A stretch of DNA of 64,000 bases. Source: an uncultured Actinomycetota bacterium. GTDB taxonomy: Bacteria; Actinomycetota; Actinomycetes; Actinomycetales; Angustibacteraceae. The DNA is taken from NCBI GenBank assembly GCA_963816695.1, contig CAWFLV010000002.1, positions 31,667 through 95,666 of the forward strand. The letters are read 5' to 3'. The notes beneath the pieces were generated by a model. It was not told the origin of the DNA. It ran no database searches and was given only the letters and a program-made list of their open reading frames with translations. This document shows, in pieces, positions 16,124 to 28,559 of this stretch (its first letter is position 1; each line of letters starts with the position of its first letter). Position numbers and translations under genes: made by a program.

Positions 16124-17383
16124 TCAGCCGCCGTCGAGGGCGTCGCGCATGGGCACGAGCTTGGCGTCGGACTCCGCGAGCTCGGCCTGCGGGTCGGAGC
16201 CGGCGACGATGCCGCAGCCGGCGAACAGGCGCACCCGGTGGGGGTCGGTGTCGTCGAGCTCGGCGCAGCGCAGCGCGATGCCCCACTCGCCGTCGCCGCT
16301 GCCGTCGGTCCAGCCGACCGGGCCGGCGTAGCGGCCGCGGTCCATGCCCTCGAGCTCGCGGATCAGCTCCACGGCGGCGGGTGTGGGCGTGCCGCCGACG
16401 GCCGCTGTCGGGTGCAGCGCCGCCGCGAGCGTGAGGGACGTCGCGCCGTCCGCGAGCACGCCCGCGACGTCCGTGGCGAGGTGCATGACGTTGGGCAGGT
16501 GGAGCACGAACGGTGACTCGGGCACGTTCATGGACGTGCAGTGCGGGGCGAGCGCCTCGGCCAGCGAGCGCACGGCGTACTCGTGCTCCTCGAGGTCCTT
16601 GCTCGAGCGCGCGAGGGAACCGGCCAGTGCGAGGTCGTGGTCGTCGTCGCCGGTGCGGCGGATCGTGCCGGCCAGCACGCGGGAGTGCACCAGCCCGCGC
16701 TCGAGGCGCACCAGCAGCTCGGGCGTGGCGCCGATCAGCCCGTCGACGGCGAAGGTCCAGCAGCCGGGGTAGCGGTCGGCGAGGCCGCGCAGCAGCCAGC
16801 GCGGGTCGACCGGGTGGGCGGTGCGGGCCTCGAGGTCGCGTGCCAGCACGACCTTGTCGACGTCACCGTCGGTGATGCGGCCGACGGCCGTCTGGACGAC
16901 GCCTTCCCAGTCGGCGCCCGACATCGTGCCGTCGGCGTAGCTCACCTGGCCGGGCGCGCGGGCAGCGTGGCGGGCGATGGACGCGGCAGCGGGCAAGGCG
17001 CCCTGGCTGGCCGCCGTCGTGACCCACCAGCGGCCGCCCCGGTGCCCGACGACCACGGCTGGCACGGTGAGCAGGCTGCCGTCCGACGCGGCGTCGAACG
17101 TGAACGAGCCGAAGGCGACCGGCCCGGTGCCCGGCAGCCCCACCTCGTCGCGGACGACGGCGCCGGCGACCGTCTCGGACCACCAGTCCTGGGCCGTGGC
17201 GAAGCGGTCGGCACCGGCGGACTCGAACCGGGCCGCCTCGCCCCAGCCGACGATGCCTTCTCCGCGGCGGACCCACGACACGCACGGCTGGTCGGGGAGC
17301 AGCTCGAGCAGGGGGCCGGGGTCGGGGACGGCGACGGTGCGCACCACGAGCGGTGCGGCGGCTCCGGTCGCGGCGACGGTCAC
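16124..17383 (-). CDS. menF: isochorismate synthase
   Basis: 419-aa chorismate-binding enzyme with LHPTAAVGGTP, GMDRGRYAGPVGW and IALRCA...AGCGIVAGSDPQAELAE. Confidence 0.9.
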   Translation of the reverse strand: MTVAATGAAAPLVVRTVAVPDPGPLLELLPDQPCVSWVRRGEGIVGWGEAARFESAGADRFATAQDWWSETVAGAVVRDEVGLPGTGPVAFGSFTFDAASDGSLLTVPAVVVGHRGGRWWVTTAASQGALPAAASIARHAARAPGQVSYADGTMSGADWEGVVQTAVGRITDGDVDKVVLARDLEARTAHPVDPRWLLRGLADRYPGCWTFAVDGLIGATPELLVRLERGLVHSRVLAGTIRRTGDDDHDLALAGSLARSSKDLEEHEYAVRSLAEALAPHCTSMNVPESPFVLHLPNVMHLATDVAGVLADGATSLTLAAALHPTAAVGGTPTPAAVELIRELEGMDRGRYAGPVGWTDGSGDGEWGIALRCAELDDTDPHRVRLFAGCGIVAGSDPQAELAESDAKLVPMRDALDGG

Positions 17384-17507
17384 CCCACCAGCGTAGATGC
17401 GGCCTCACCGCCTCGCGCCACGTGGGCCGACCGGCCTGATCACAGGGGAGTCAGTGCGGTGATCATGCACGTTCGCCCCGGCGAGGGGCGTGCGCCAGGA
17501 TGGACCC

Positions 17508-18203
17508 GTGACCCGAGCCCACCTCGACAAGCGCCCCGACGAGGTCGCCGCGATGTTCGACACCGTCGCGGCGCGGTACGACCTCACCAACGACGTCCTG
17601 AGCCTCGGTCAGGACCGCCTGTGGCGGCGGGCGGTCGTGCGGGCGCTCGACGTGCGGCCGGGCGAGCGCGTGCTCGACCTCGCCGCCGGCACGGGCACCA
17701 GCAGCGAGCCGCTCGTGGCGGCCGGCGCCGACGTCGTCCCCGCGGACTTCTCCCTCGGGATGCTCGGCGTGGGCAAGCGGCGCAGCCCGCACCTGCAGCT
17801 CACCGCAGGCGACGCCACGCGGCTGCCCTTCGCCGACGGCTCCTTCGACGCGGTCACGATCTCGTTCGGCCTGCGCAACGTCGTCGACCCGGACGCCGGG
17901 CTGCGCGAGATGCTGCGCGTCACCCGCCCCGGCGGCCGGCTCGTGGTGTGCGAGTTCAGCCACCCGGTGTGGGCGCCGTTCCGCACCGCGTACGTCAACT
18001 ACCTGATGCGGGCGCTGCCCTCGATCGCGCGCCGCGTGAGCTCCAACCCCGACTCCTACGTGTACCTCGCCGAGTCGATCCGCGACTGGCCGGACCAGCC
18101 GCGGCTGGCCCACCGCCTGCAGCGGGCCGGCTGGGGCCAGGTCGCCTGGCGCAACCTCTCCGGCGGCATCGTGGCGCTGCACCGCGCCGTCCGCCCCGCC
18201 TGA
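17508..18203 (+). CDS. menG: demethylmenaquinone methyltransferase
   Basis: [41 protein letters not shown] matches the UbiE/MenG N-terminus. The SAM motif is VLDLAAGTG. In-frame GTG 17490 is an alternative start. Confidence 0.9.
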   Translation: MTRAHLDKRPDEVAAMFDTVAARYDLTNDVLSLGQDRLWRRAVVRALDVRPGERVLDLAAGTGTSSEPLVAAGADVVPADFSLGMLGVGKRRSPHLQLTAGDATRLPFADGSFDAVTISFGLRNVVDPDAGLREMLRVTRPGGRLVVCEFSHPVWAPFRTAYVNYLMRALPSIARRVSSNPDSYVYLAESIRDWPDQPRLAHRLQRAGWGQVAWRNLSGGIVALHRAVRPA

Positions 18204-18272
18204 CCCGCTCCGGATGCGGCACGCCCCCCGAGCGGCTTGACTGGGCTCAGTCGACCAGCCGAGGAGGCAGGC

Positions 18273-18446
18273 ATGGGTACCGAGGACAAGATGCACAACA
18301 CCGGCGAGGACCTCAAGGGCAAGGCCAAGGAGGCCGCCGGCAAGCTCAGCGACGACGAGCGCCTGGAGGCCGAGGGCAAGGGCGACCAGACCAAGGCCGA
18401 CCTGAAGAACGCCGGCGAGAACGTCAAGGACGCGTTCAAGCACTGA
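18273..18446 (+). CDS. CsbD-family stress protein
   Basis: 57 aa (MGTEDKMHNTGEDLKGKAKEAAGKLSDDERLEAEGKGDQTKADLKNAGENVKDAFKH). The SD GAGGAGG lies 6 nt upstream of the ATG. Confidence 0.85.
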   Translation: MGTEDKMHNTGEDLKGKAKEAAGKLSDDERLEAEGKGDQTKADLKNAGENVKDAFKH

Positions 18447-18471
18447 GGTGCCACCAGCTCGACCACGACCA

Positions 18472-18501
18472 CGACCGGTTCCCCGTGAGGGGGGCCGGTC
18501 G
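18472..18501 (+). terminator. stem-loop CGACCGGTTCCCC-GTGA-GGGGGGCCGGTCG after csbD
   Basis: GC-rich hairpin of about 13 bp, 26 nt after the csbD stop. It has no clear U-tract, which is usual for actinobacteria. Confidence 0.55.
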
Positions 18502-18714
18502 TGTCGCGTGCGGAAGGCCTAGACTTCCCAGCGCACTCGTGAACCGGATCACAAGCAGCCCGCGAGCCACCCGGCACCCCTCCGACAGGGGCGTCGGCGG
18601 CGGTCCTAGGATGAGGTCGCCTCGGGCGCTGCGGGCTGCCCCGCGACCACGACGACCGGCGAGAGACCGACCCGCGAGACCACAGACTGACGAGACAGAG
18701 GGGAGCGAGACGGC

Positions 18715-19074
18715 GTGAACCCCTACGTGCCGATTCTCGTCCTGTTCGCCCTGGGAGCAGGGTTCGCGGTGTTCTCCATCGCGGCCGGCTCCCTGGCGGG
18801 CCCCAAGCGGTACAACCGCGCCAAGGTCGACGCCTACGAGTGCGGCATCGAGCCCTCGCCGCACGCCGCGGGCGGCGGTCGCTTCCCGGTCAAGTACTAC
18901 CTGACCGCCATGCTCTTCATCATCTTCGACATCGAGTCGGTGTTCCTCTTCCCCTTCGCGGTGGGGTTCGAGCGGCTCGGGGTCTTCGCCCTCGTCGAGA
19001 TGGTGCTGTTCATCCTCACCGTGTTCATCGCGTACGCCTACGTGTGGCGTCGCGGCGGACTGGAATGGGACTGA
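18715..19074 (+). CDS. nuoA: NADH-quinone oxidoreductase subunit A
   Basis: 119 aa with 3 TM helices and the AYECGIEPS motif. First gene of the 14-gene operon. Confidence 0.95.
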   Translation: MNPYVPILVLFALGAGFAVFSIAAGSLAGPKRYNRAKVDAYECGIEPSPHAAGGGRFPVKYYLTAMLFIIFDIESVFLFPFAVGFERLGVFALVEMVLFILTVFIAYAYVWRRGGLEWD

Positions 19075-19081
19075 GGTCTTC

Positions 19082-19636
19082 ATGGGTATCGAAGAGAAGC
19101 TGCCAGCCGGCTTCCTGCTGACGACGGTCGAGTCCCTCGCGGGCTACATGCGCAAGAGCTCGGTCTGGCCCGCGACGTTCGGCCTGGCCTGCTGCGCGAT
19201 CGAGATGATGGCGGTCGGCACGCCCGACTACGACATCGCCCGGTTCGGGATGGAGCGCTTCAGCGCCACCCCGCGGCAGGCCGACCTGATGATCGTCGCC
19301 GGCCGGGTCAGCCAGAAGATGGCCCCGGTGGTGCGCCAGGTCTACGACCAGATGCCCGAGCCCAAGTGGGTCATCTCGATGGGCGTGTGCGCCAGCAGCG
19401 GTGGCATGTTCAACAACTACGCGATCGTGCAGGGCGTCGACCACATCGTGCCGGTCGACGTCTACCTGCCCGGCTGCCCGCCGCGCCCCCAGATGCTGCT
19501 CAACGCGATCATCACGCTGCACGCGCAGATCCAGAGCATGCCGCTCGGCGTCAACCGCGAGCAGGCCGCGCGCGCGGCCGAGGCGGCCGCCCTGCAGTCC
19601 ACGCCCACCGAGCACATGCACGGGCTGCTGCGATGA
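19082..19636 (+). CDS. nuoB: NADH-quinone oxidoreductase subunit B
   Basis: N2 cluster ligands [18 protein letters not shown] and PGCPPRP. Confidence 0.96.
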   Translation: MGIEEKLPAGFLLTTVESLAGYMRKSSVWPATFGLACCAIEMMAVGTPDYDIARFGMERFSATPRQADLMIVAGRVSQKMAPVVRQVYDQMPEPKWVISMGVCASSGGMFNNYAIVQGVDHIVPVDVYLPGCPPRPQMLLNAIITLHAQIQSMPLGVNREQAARAAEAAALQSTPTEHMHGLLR

Positions 19637-20451
19637 GCGACCGGAAGGACGACGTGAGCCCCGACGCGCGCAAGGGCGAGGAGAAGGACGCCGGCCAGAC
19701 CAAGGCCGACTCGGTCGTGGCCCAGGAGGCCGCACCCACGACGGCCGAGCTGGAGAAGTCCCCCGTCGGGCAGCCGGACGAGACCCAGGCCGAGGTCGTC
19801 GACGTCCGCAAGGGCATGTTCGGCGTCCACGACGCCGGTGACACGTCCGGCTACGGCGGCCTGGTCCGTCCGGTCGTCTTCGCCGCGCCCGCGCAGCGTC
19901 CGCTCGACGGCTGGTGGGAGGACGCCGTCACCGACCTGGCCGGCGCGCTGGACGACGAGGGCACCGCCTTCGACGACGCCGTCGAGAAGGTCGTCGCTGA
20001 GCACGGCGAGCTGACGATCTTCGTGCACCGCGAGGCCCTGCCCGCGGTCGCCCGGGCGATGCGCGACGAGCCCGGTCTGCGCTTCGAGATCTGCTCCGGC
20101 GTCAGCGGCGTCCACTACCCGCACGAGACCGGCCGCGAGCTGCACGCCGTCTACCACCTGCTGTCGATCACGCACGGCACCCGCCGGCTGCGGCTCGAGG
20201 TCGCCTGCCCCGACGCCGACCCGCGCATCCCGTCGGTCATCGACGTGTGGCCAGGCAACGACTGGCACGAGCGCGAGACGTACGACATGTTCGGCATCGT
20301 CTTCGAGGGCCACCCGGCACTGACCCGGATCCTCATGCCGGACGACTGGCCCGGCCACCCCCAGCGCAAGGACTACCCCCTCGGCGGCATCCCCGTCGAG
20401 TACAAGGGCGCGCAGATACCGCCGCCCGACGAGCGGAGGTCGTACAGCTGA
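19633..20451 (+). CDS. nuoC: NADH-quinone oxidoreductase subunit C (with about 60-aa charged N-terminal extension)
   Basis: ATGA overlap with nuoB. Carries [18 protein letters not shown] and the C-terminal [12 protein letters not shown]. Confidence 0.94.
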   Translation: MSDRKDDVSPDARKGEEKDAGQTKADSVVAQEAAPTTAELEKSPVGQPDETQAEVVDVRKGMFGVHDAGDTSGYGGLVRPVVFAAPAQRPLDGWWEDAVTDLAGALDDEGTAFDDAVEKVVAEHGELTIFVHREALPAVARAMRDEPGLRFEICSGVSGVHYPHETGRELHAVYHLLSITHGTRRLRLEVACPDADPRIPSVIDVWPGNDWHERETYDMFGIVFEGHPALTRILMPDDWPGHPQRKDYPLGGIPVEYKGAQIPPPDERRSYS

Positions 20452-21833
20452 TGAGCGACCAGACCACAGGCGAGCGGGTCGAGCCCGTCGACTTCGGCGC
20501 GGCCGACCCGTACGGCGTCACCGACCACGACGGCCCGGCCGAGGGCGCGGTGTTCAACGCCTCCGGCGGCGACTGGGACGACGTGGCGGAGGAGGCAGCC
20601 GCCCTCGGCGAGGAGCGCATCGTCGTCAACATGGGTCCCCAGCACCCGTCGACGCACGGCGTGCTCCGGCTCATCCTCGAGATCGACGGCGAGAGCGTCA
20701 CCGAGGCCCGCGCGGGCATCGGCTACCTCCACACCGGCATCGAGAAGAACATGGAGTACCGCACCTGGGTGCAGGGCGTCACGTTCTGCACGCGCATGGA
20801 CTACCTGACGCCCATGTTCCAGGAGGCCGCGTACTGCCTCGCGACCGAGCGCCTGCTCGGCATCACCGAGGCCATCCCCGAGCGCGCCACGATCATCCGC
20901 GTGCTCATGATGGAGCTCACCCGGATCTCCTCGCACCTGGTGGCGACCGCCACGGGCGGCATGGAGATGGGCGCCACGACCGTCATGACCGTCGGCTTCC
21001 GCGAGCGCGAGCGCATCCTCGCGGTGATCGAGAACATCACCGGCCTGCGGATGAACAACGCCTACATCCGCCCCGGCGGTGTGGCGCAGGACCTCCCGCC
21101 CGGTGCGATCGACCGCATCCGCGACATGATCCCGGCCGTGCGCCGCGGCCTCGGTGAGCTCGAGGCGCTGCTCAACGAGAACCCCGTGCTCAAGGGCCGC
21201 ATGGTCGACGTCGGCTACCTGGACCTCACCGGCTGCATCGCGCTGGGTGTCACCGGGCCGATCCTGCGCTCGACCGGGCTGCCGCACGACCTGCGCAAGT
21301 CGGCGCCGTACTGCGGGTACGAGACCTACGACTTCGAGGTCATGACCCGCGACACCTGCGACGCCTACGGCCGCCTGCGGATCCGGCTGGACGAGTGCTA
21401 CGAGTCGCTCAGCATCATCGAGCAGGCCGCCGACCGGCTGCAGGCCACGCCGGGCCCGGTGATGGTCGAGGACAAGAAGATCGCCTGGCCGGCGCAGCTG
21501 GCCATCCTGTCCGACGGGATGGGCAACAGCCTCGACCACATCAAGCACATCATGGGCACCTCGATGGAGGCGCTGATCCACCACTTCAAGCTGGTCACCG
21601 AGGGCTTCCGGGTGCCGGCCGGCCAGGTCTACCAGGCGGTCGAGTCCCCCAAGGGTGAGCTCGGCGTCCACCTGGTCAGCGACGGCGGCACGCGCCCGTA
21701 CCGCGCGCACTTCCGCGACCCCAGCTTCAACAACCTGCAGGCCACGGCCGCGATGTGCGAGGGCGGCCAGCTGGCCGACGTCATCGTCGCCGTCGCCTCG
21801 ATCGATCCCGTCATGGGAGGGGTGGACCGCTGA
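20451..21833 (+). CDS. nuoD: NADH-quinone oxidoreductase subunit D
   Basis: TGATG overlap with nuoC. Carries [17 protein letters not shown] and the C-terminal [16 protein letters not shown]. Confidence 0.96.
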   Translation: MSDQTTGERVEPVDFGAADPYGVTDHDGPAEGAVFNASGGDWDDVAEEAAALGEERIVVNMGPQHPSTHGVLRLILEIDGESVTEARAGIGYLHTGIEKNMEYRTWVQGVTFCTRMDYLTPMFQEAAYCLATERLLGITEAIPERATIIRVLMMELTRISSHLVATATGGMEMGATTVMTVGFRERERILAVIENITGLRMNNAYIRPGGVAQDLPPGAIDRIRDMIPAVRRGLGELEALLNENPVLKGRMVDVGYLDLTGCIALGVTGPILRSTGLPHDLRKSAPYCGYETYDFEVMTRDTCDAYGRLRIRLDECYESLSIIEQAADRLQATPGPVMVEDKKIAWPAQLAILSDGMGNSLDHIKHIMGTSMEALIHHFKLVTEGFRVPAGQVYQAVESPKGELGVHLVSDGGTRPYRAHFRDPSFNNLQATAAMCEGGQLADVIVAVASIDPVMGGVDR

Positions 21834-22687
21834 TGCCCGCGGACGACCAGGCCACGATCGCGACCGGGCTGACCGCCGCCGCACGCGGCGCCGACGCCTA
21901 CCCCGACGACGTGCGCACCCGGCTCGACGCCGAGACCGCCGAGATCATCGCCCGCTACCCGCAGGCCCGCTCGGCGCTGCTGCCGATGCTCCACCTGGTG
22001 CAGAGCGAGGACGGTTTCGTCAGCCAGCGCGGCATCGAGTACTGCGCCCAGCGCCTCGACCTGACGACCGCCGAGGTCGCCGGCGTCGCGACCTTCTACA
22101 CCCAGTACAAGCGCCACCCCAACGGCACCTACACCGTCGGGGTCTGCACCAACACCCTGTGCGCGATCATGGGCGGCGACGCGATCTTCGAGTCGCTGTC
22201 GCAGCACCTGGCCGTCGGGCACGACGAGACCACCGACGACGGTGCCATCACCCTCGAGCGGGTCGAGTGCAACGCGGCGTGCGACTTCGCGCCGGTCGTG
22301 ATGGTCAACTGGGAGTTCTTCGACAACCAGACGCCGTCGTCGGCGCGCGACCTCGCCGACCGGCTGCGCGCCGGCGAACAGGTGCAGCCCTCGCGCGGCC
22401 CGAGCCGCGTGTGCACCTTCAAGCAGGTCTCACGCACCCTCGCCGGGTTCCCCGACGGCCTCGCCGACGAGGGCCCCGGCGCCGGTGAGCCCACGCTGCG
22501 CGGCCTGCGGCTCGCCCGCGAGAACGGCTGGACGGCGCCGTCCACGACGGCCGACGGCGCGAGCGCCGCGACCGAGCAGGTCGCCGCCGAGCACGTGGCC
22601 GACCCCGGCCACCCGAGCTCCAGCGACGCGGCCGTCGCGTCCGGCGAGCAGGGCGCTGCGTCCACCGCCCCGGCCAAGGAGGACTGA
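21833..22687 (+). CDS. nuoE: NADH-quinone oxidoreductase subunit E (with low-complexity C-terminal extension)
   Basis: 2Fe-2S ligands in VCTNTLCAIMGG ... ECNAACDFAP. TGATG overlap with nuoD. Confidence 0.94.
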   Translation: MPADDQATIATGLTAAARGADAYPDDVRTRLDAETAEIIARYPQARSALLPMLHLVQSEDGFVSQRGIEYCAQRLDLTTAEVAGVATFYTQYKRHPNGTYTVGVCTNTLCAIMGGDAIFESLSQHLAVGHDETTDDGAITLERVECNAACDFAPVVMVNWEFFDNQTPSSARDLADRLRAGEQVQPSRGPSRVCTFKQVSRTLAGFPDGLADEGPGAGEPTLRGLRLARENGWTAPSTTADGASAATEQVAAEHVADPGHPSSSDAAVASGEQGAASTAPAKED

Positions 22688-22689
22688 GC

Positions 22690-24018
22690 ATGACCACGCT
22701 CACCCCGATCCTCAGCGAGTTCTGGGACGCCGACGAGTCCTGGACGATGGCGACCTACGAGGCGCACGACGGCTACCGCGCGCTGCGCAAGGCGCTCGCG
22801 ATGGCCCCCGCCGACGTGATCCAGACGGTCAAGGACTCCGGCCTGCGCGGCCGAGGCGGGGCCGGCTTCCCGACCGGCATGAAGTGGGGCTTCCTCCCCC
22901 CGCCGGACGGCGGTCCGCGCTACCTCGTCGTCAACGCCGACGAGTCCGAGCCGGGCACGTGCAAGGACATCCCGCTGATGATGGCGACGCCGCAGTTCCT
23001 CATCGAGGGCGTCGTCATCACCTCGTTCGCCATCGGCTGCAACCACGCCTTCATCTACGTGCGCGGCGAGGTCGTCCACGTCCTGCGCCGCCTCATGCGC
23101 GCGGTCGAGGAGGCCTACGCCAAGGGCTACCTCGGCAAGAACATCCTCGGCTCGGGCTTCGACCTCGACGTCACGGTGCACTCCGGGGCCGGCGCGTACA
23201 TCTGCGGTGAGGAGACCGCGCTGCTCGACTCCCTCGAGGGTCGCCGCGGCCAGCCGCGCCTGAAGCCGCCGTTCCCCGCCGTCGCGGGCCTCTACGCGCG
23301 CCCGACGGTCGTCAACAACGTCGAGTCGATCGCCAGCGTGCCGCCGATCCTGCTCAAGGGTGCCGACTGGTTCACGTCGATGGGCACCGAGAAGTCCACC
23401 GGCTTCGGGATCTTCAGCCTCTCCGGGCACGTCAAGCGCCCGGGCCAGTACGAGGCGCCGCTCGGCATCACGCTGCGCGAGCTGCTCGACATGGCCGGCG
23501 GCATGCGCAGCGAGGAGCGCAAGCTGAAGTTCTGGACGCCCGGTGGCTCGTCGACGCCGATCTTCACGGCCGAGCACCTCGACGTCCCGCTGGACTTCGA
23601 GTCGGTCGGCGCCGCGGGCTCGATGCTGGGTACGCGCGCGCTGCAGATCTTCGACGACACCACCTGCGTGGTGCGGGCCGTCGACCGCTGGATCGACTTC
23701 TACGCCCACGAGTCCTGCGGCAAGTGCACGCCGTGCCGCGAGGGCAACTACTGGATGAAGCAGGTGCTGCACCGGCTCGAGCACGGGCAGGGCACCGAGG
23801 CCGACCTCGACAAGCTCCTCGACATCTGCGACAACATCCTGGGCCGCGCGTTCTGCGCCCTCGGTGACGGCGCCACCAGCCCGGTGACCTCGAGCATCCA
23901 GTACTTCCGCGACGAGTACCTGCGTCACCTGCCGTCCGCCGAGAACCCCTCCGGTGGCTGCCCCTTCGACCCCGCAGCCTCCGCCCTGTTCGCACCTGAG
24001 GTGATCGCAGCCCCATGA
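22690..24018 (+). CDS. nuoF: NADH-quinone oxidoreductase subunit F
   Basis: The FMN/NADH site is [13 protein letters not shown]. The N3 cluster motif is [12 protein letters not shown]. Confidence 0.97.
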   Translation: MTTLTPILSEFWDADESWTMATYEAHDGYRALRKALAMAPADVIQTVKDSGLRGRGGAGFPTGMKWGFLPPPDGGPRYLVVNADESEPGTCKDIPLMMATPQFLIEGVVITSFAIGCNHAFIYVRGEVVHVLRRLMRAVEEAYAKGYLGKNILGSGFDLDVTVHSGAGAYICGEETALLDSLEGRRGQPRLKPPFPAVAGLYARPTVVNNVESIASVPPILLKGADWFTSMGTEKSTGFGIFSLSGHVKRPGQYEAPLGITLRELLDMAGGMRSEERKLKFWTPGGSSTPIFTAEHLDVPLDFESVGAAGSMLGTRALQIFDDTTCVVRAVDRWIDFYAHESCGKCTPCREGNYWMKQVLHRLEHGQGTEADLDKLLDICDNILGRAFCALGDGATSPVTSSIQYFRDEYLRHLPSAENPSGGCPFDPAASALFAPEVIAAP

Positions 24019-26492
24019 CGACGACAACCAGCGTCACCACACCCTCCGGCGGTGACGCCGCCAAGCGCGACGACGTCGTGACCATGGTCATCGACGGCGC
24101 CACCGTCGAGGTGCCGAAGGGCACGCTCGTCATCCGCGCCGCCGAGCAGGTCGGCGTGCAGATCCCGCGCTTCTGCGACCACCCGCTGCTCGAGCCCGTC
24201 GGTGCCTGCCGCCAGTGCCTGGTCGAGGTGTCGACCCCAGGCCCGGACGGCGAGCTGCGGGCGATGCCCAAGCCGCAGGCCTCCTGCACCCTCGCGGTCA
24301 GCGAGGGGATGGTCGTCAAGACCCAGCGCACGTCCCCGGTGGCCGACAAGGCCCAGCACGGCGTGATGGAGTTCCTCCTCATCAACCACCCGCTCGACTG
24401 CCCGGTGTGCGACAAGGGCGGCGAGTGCCCGCTGCAGAACCAGGCGCTGTCGAACGGCCGGCCCGAGACGCGCTTCGACGACGTCAAGCGCACCTACCCC
24501 AAGCCGATCAACATCTCCAGCCAGGTGCTTCTCGACCGCGACCGCTGCGTGCTGTGCGCGCGGTGCACGCGGTTCAGCAAGCAGATCGCCGGCGACCCGT
24601 TCATCGAGCTGGTCGAGCGCAGCGCCCTGCAGCAGGTGGGCATCTACGCCAAGCAGCCGTTCGAGAGCTACTTCAGCGGCAACACCGTGCAGATCTGCCC
24701 GGTGGGCGCGCTCACCGGTGCGGCCTACCGGTTCCGCGCCCGTCCGTTCGACCTCGTGTCCGTGCCCGGCGTGTGCGAGCACTGCGCCTCGGGCTGCGGC
24801 CTGCGCGTCGACCACCGCCGCGGCGTCGTGCTGCGCCGGATGGCCGACAACGACCCCCAGGTCAACGAGGAGTGGAACTGCGACAAGGGTCGCTGGGCGT
24901 TCCAGTACGCCACCGTCGACCGCCTCACCCACCCGCTGGTGCGCGACACCGACACCGGCGAGCTGCGCGTCGCGTCCTGGCCCGAGGCGCTCGCGATGGC
25001 CGCCGACGGGCTGCGCGCTGCCCGTGACGCCGGCGGGGTCGGCGTGCTCACCGGCGGCCGGGTCACGCACGAGGACGCCTACGCCTACGCCAAGTTCGCT
25101 CGCGTGGCGCTCGGCACCAACGACGTCGACTTCCGCGCCCGGCCGCACTCCGCGGAGGAGGCCGACTTCCTCGCGCACGCCGTCGCGGGCGCCTGGGTCG
25201 GCGCCGAGGGCGTGAGCTACGCCGAGCTCGAGAAGGCTCCGGCCGTGCTGCTCGTGGGCCTGGAGCCCGAGGAGGAGTCGCCGATCGTCTTCCTGCGCCT
25301 GCGCAAGGCGGTGCGCGCTCACCGCCAGCGCGTCGTGTCGGTGGCCAGCTGGGCCACCCGGGGGCTCGAGAAGCTCGACGGCCGGCTCATCCCGGCCGGG
25401 CCGGGCACCGAGGCCGAGGTGCTGGACGCTCTCGCGCAGGGCCTGGCCGAGGTCGAGGACACCACGCAGATGCTGCGCGCCGAGGGCGCCGTCGTCCTCG
25501 TCGGTGAGCGGCTCGCCCAGACGCCCGGTGCCCTGTCCGCCGTCCTGCGGCTGGCCGAGGCCACCGGCGCCCGCGTGGCCTGGGTGCCCCGCCGCGCCGG
25601 TGAGCGCGGCGCCGTCGAGGCCGGTGCCCTGCCCAACCTGCTGCCGGGCGGACGCCCGGTCACGGACGCGGCCGCCCGCGTCGACCTCGCCGCCGCGTGG
25701 GGCGTCGACAGCCTGCCCGAGCCGGTCGGACGCGACACCGCAGCGATCCTCCAGGCCGTCCGCGCCGGTGAGCTCGGTGGTCTCGTGGTCGGTGGTGTCG
25801 ACCCCGCCGACCTGCCCGACCCGGCGGCGGCGCTCGAGGCGCTCGACGCCGCGGGCTTCGTCGTCTCGCTGGAGCTGCGGCCGAGCGCCGTCACCGAGCG
25901 CGCCGACGTCGTGCTGCCGGTCGCGCCGGTCGCCGAGAAGGGCGGCACGTTCTGGACCTGGGAGGGGCGCGAGCGCCCCTTCGGCATCGCGCTCGACAGC
26001 AGCGCGCTCAGCGACTACCGGGTGCTCGACCTGCTCGCCGACGAGCTGGACGTCCCGCTCGGCCTGCGTGACCTCACCGCCGTCCGCTCCGAGGCCGCCG
26101 AGATCGCGGTCTGGGACGGCGCCCGCGTGGACGCGCCGGCCGTCGAGGCCGCCGAGCCGCCCGCCGTCGGGCCGAACCAGGCGGTGCTGGCCACCTGGCA
26201 CCTGCTGCTGGACGCCGGCCGCCTGCAGGACGGCGAGCCGTGGCTCGCGGGCACCGCGCGTCGGCCGGTGGCACGGCTGTCGGCGACCACCGCCGCCGAG
26301 GTCGGCGTCGCGGACGGCGAGCTGCTCACCGTCTCGACCGAGCGCGGTGAGCTGACCCTGCCCCTGGTGGTCACCGACCTGCCCGAGCGCGCGGTCTGGC
26401 TGCCCACCAACCAGACCGGTTTCTCGGTCCGTTCGCTTCTCGGGGCCGATGCCGGCTCCGTCGTCACCCTCAGCAGGGGAGGTGCGGCATGA
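24015..26492 (+). CDS. nuoG: NADH-quinone oxidoreductase subunit G
   Basis: 825 aa. The N-terminal 2Fe-2S/4Fe-4S motifs are [21 protein letters not shown] and [11 protein letters not shown] molybdopterin-oxidoreductase-like domain follows. Confidence 0.96.
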   Translation: MTTTTSVTTPSGGDAAKRDDVVTMVIDGATVEVPKGTLVIRAAEQVGVQIPRFCDHPLLEPVGACRQCLVEVSTPGPDGELRAMPKPQASCTLAVSEGMVVKTQRTSPVADKAQHGVMEFLLINHPLDCPVCDKGGECPLQNQALSNGRPETRFDDVKRTYPKPINISSQVLLDRDRCVLCARCTRFSKQIAGDPFIELVERSALQQVGIYAKQPFESYFSGNTVQICPVGALTGAAYRFRARPFDLVSVPGVCEHCASGCGLRVDHRRGVVLRRMADNDPQVNEEWNCDKGRWAFQYATVDRLTHPLVRDTDTGELRVASWPEALAMAADGLRAARDAGGVGVLTGGRVTHEDAYAYAKFARVALGTNDVDFRARPHSAEEADFLAHAVAGAWVGAEGVSYAELEKAPAVLLVGLEPEEESPIVFLRLRKAVRAHRQRVVSVASWATRGLEKLDGRLIPAGPGTEAEVLDALAQGLAEVEDTTQMLRAEGAVVLVGERLAQTPGALSAVLRLAEATGARVAWVPRRAGERGAVEAGALPNLLPGGRPVTDAAARVDLAAAWGVDSLPEPVGRDTAAILQAVRAGELGGLVVGGVDPADLPDPAAALEALDAAGFVVSLELRPSAVTERADVVLPVAPVAEKGGTFWTWEGRERPFGIALDSSALSDYRVLDLLADELDVPLGLRDLTAVRSEAAEIAVWDGARVDAPAVEAAEPPAVGPNQAVLATWHLLLDAGRLQDGEPWLAGTARRPVARLSATTAAEVGVADGELLTVSTERGELTLPLVVTDLPERAVWLPTNQTGFSVRSLLGADAGSVVTLSRGGAA

Positions 26493-27838
26493 GCACGGTG
26501 CTGCTCACCGCGGGCCCCGGTGCCGCGGACTTCAGCCAGGACACCTGGTGGCTGGTGCTGCTGAAGGTGCTCGGCGTCTTCGTCTTCCTGATGGTCAACA
26601 CGCTGCTCGTCATCTGGTTCGAGCGCCGGGTCATCGGCCGGATGCAGCAGCGTCCCGGCCCGAACCGCACCGGCCCCTTCGGCCTGCTGCAGACGCTGGC
26701 CGACGGCATCAAGCTGGCGCTGAAGGAGGACATCATCCCCAAGGCCGCCGACAAGGTGGTCTACATCGTGGCCCCGATGATCGCGGCGGCGATGGCGTTC
26801 GTGTCCTTCTCGATCATCCCCTTCGGGCCCGCGGTCTCGATCTTCGGCCACCGCACGCCGCTGCAGATCACCGACATCCCCGTCGCGGTGATCTTCGTGC
26901 TCGCGGTCGCCAGCGTGGGGGTCTACGGCATCCTGCTGGCCGGCTGGTCGTCCGGGTCCACGTACCCGCTGCTCGGTGGCCTGCGCTCGTCGGCGCAGAT
27001 CGTCAGCTACGAGATCGCCATGGGCCTCTCGCTCGTGCCGGTGTTCCTCTACGCGGGCTCGATGTCGACGTCCGAGATCGTGTACGCCCAGACCTCGCAG
27101 TGGTTCATCATCCCGGCGATCTTCTCGTTCGTGGTCTACGTGATCACGATGCTGGGCGAGACCAACCGGCTGCCGTTCGACCTCGCCGAGGGCGAGGGTG
27201 AGCTCACCGGTGGCTTCCACACCGAGTACTCCTCGCTGAAGTTCGCGCTGTTCTTCCTCGCCGAGTACGTCAACATGCTGACGGTCTCGGCGCTGGCGAC
27301 GACGCTGTTCCTCGGCGGCTGGCGCGCACCGTGGCCGCTGTCGTCCATCAACGACGGCATGTTCAACCACGGCTGGTGGCCGGTGCTGTGGTTCGTCGTC
27401 AAGCTGTGGATGTTCCTGTTCTTCTTCGTCTGGGTGCGCGGGTCGCTTCCGCGCGTGCGGTACGACCAGTTCATGCGCTTCGGCTGGAAGTTCCTCATCC
27501 CGGCGAGCCTGCTGTGGATCGTGGCCGTGGCGACGATCCGCGCCCTGCCCGACATCACCGACACCGGCCGGCGCGGGCTGTTCATCGCCATCGGCGTGCT
27601 CGCCCTGGTCGGTGGTGCGGTGGCGTGGGTCATCGACTCGCGCACCGCGCAGCGCCGCGACGAAGGCGGCTGGGAGCTCGGCGAGATCGACCCGTTCGCC
27701 GGCGGCCACCCGGTGCCGCCGCTGCCGGGCCAGACCATCGCGGTGAGCCGTGGGCCTCGCTCGCGCGCCACCGACCTGCCGGACCGCGCTCTCACGGGTG
27801 CGGCACCGAGCGCGACCGAGGAGGATCTTCGTGGCTGA
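26489..27838 (+). CDS. nuoH: NADH-quinone oxidoreductase subunit H (with extra C-terminal TM helix and tail)
   Basis: ND1 motifs [26 protein letters not shown] and [16 protein letters not shown]. Confidence 0.96.
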   Translation: MSTVLLTAGPGAADFSQDTWWLVLLKVLGVFVFLMVNTLLVIWFERRVIGRMQQRPGPNRTGPFGLLQTLADGIKLALKEDIIPKAADKVVYIVAPMIAAAMAFVSFSIIPFGPAVSIFGHRTPLQITDIPVAVIFVLAVASVGVYGILLAGWSSGSTYPLLGGLRSSAQIVSYEIAMGLSLVPVFLYAGSMSTSEIVYAQTSQWFIIPAIFSFVVYVITMLGETNRLPFDLAEGEGELTGGFHTEYSSLKFALFFLAEYVNMLTVSALATTLFLGGWRAPWPLSSINDGMFNHGWWPVLWFVVKLWMFLFFFVWVRGSLPRVRYDQFMRFGWKFLIPASLLWIVAVATIRALPDITDTGRRGLFIAIGVLALVGGAVAWVIDSRTAQRRDEGGWELGEIDPFAGGHPVPPLPGQTIAVSRGPRSRATDLPDRALTGAAPSATEEDLRG

Positions 27839-28559
27839 CCGATCACTGCGTCCGGCCGGCGACAGCACGCCCGCCGAGGGCGGCCGCGGCCACGCCGAGC
27901 AGCGCGAGCCGCGCAAGAGCGACAGCAAGCGCCTGCTCGCCACCATCGCACCGCAGGTGGCCGGCTTCGGCGTCGCCTTCTCGACCATGTTCAAGAAGGT
28001 CGCGACCGAGGAGTACCCCGAGAAGCCGCGCGGCACCGAGCCGCGCTACCACGGCCGGCACCAGCTCAACCGCCACCCGGACGGGCTGGAGAAGTGCATC
28101 GGCTGCGAGCTGTGCGCGTGGGCCTGCCCCGCCGACGCCATCTACGTCGAGGGCGCCGACAACACCGACGAGGCCCGCTACTCACCCGGTGAGCGCTACG
28201 GCCGCGTCTACCAGATCAACTACCTGCGCTGCATCTTCTGCGGGCTGTGCATCGAGGCCTGCCCGACCCGCGCGCTGACGATGACCAACGAGTACGAGCT
28301 CGCCGACAACACCCGCGGCAAGCTCATCTTCGAGAAGGACCAGCTGCTGGCGCCGCTGCAGGGCGGCATGCTCGCCCCGCCGCACCCGATGCCCGAGGGC
28401 ATGAACGACAAGTCCTACTACCGCGGCGAGATCGACAAGGCCACGCCGGAGCAGCGGGCCTGGGTCGAGGAGCGCGCCGGCGAGCTCGGCGACGAGTCGC
28501 AGTCGTCGACCGGTCCGCAGACCGAGGGCACGGCCCTGGGCGAGGAGGCCCGCCGATGA
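27831..28559 (+). CDS. nuoI: NADH-quinone oxidoreductase subunit I
   Basis: GTG 27831 follows GAGGAGGA. The two 4Fe-4S motifs are [12 protein letters not shown] and [12 protein letters not shown]. The ORF-track frame starts at 27750. Confidence 0.94.
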   Translation: MADRSLRPAGDSTPAEGGRGHAEQREPRKSDSKRLLATIAPQVAGFGVAFSTMFKKVATEEYPEKPRGTEPRYHGRHQLNRHPDGLEKCIGCELCAWACPADAIYVEGADNTDEARYSPGERYGRVYQINYLRCIFCGLCIEACPTRALTMTNEYELADNTRGKLIFEKDQLLAPLQGGMLAPPHPMPEGMNDKSYYRGEIDKATPEQRAWVEERAGELGDESQSSTGPQTEGTALGEEARR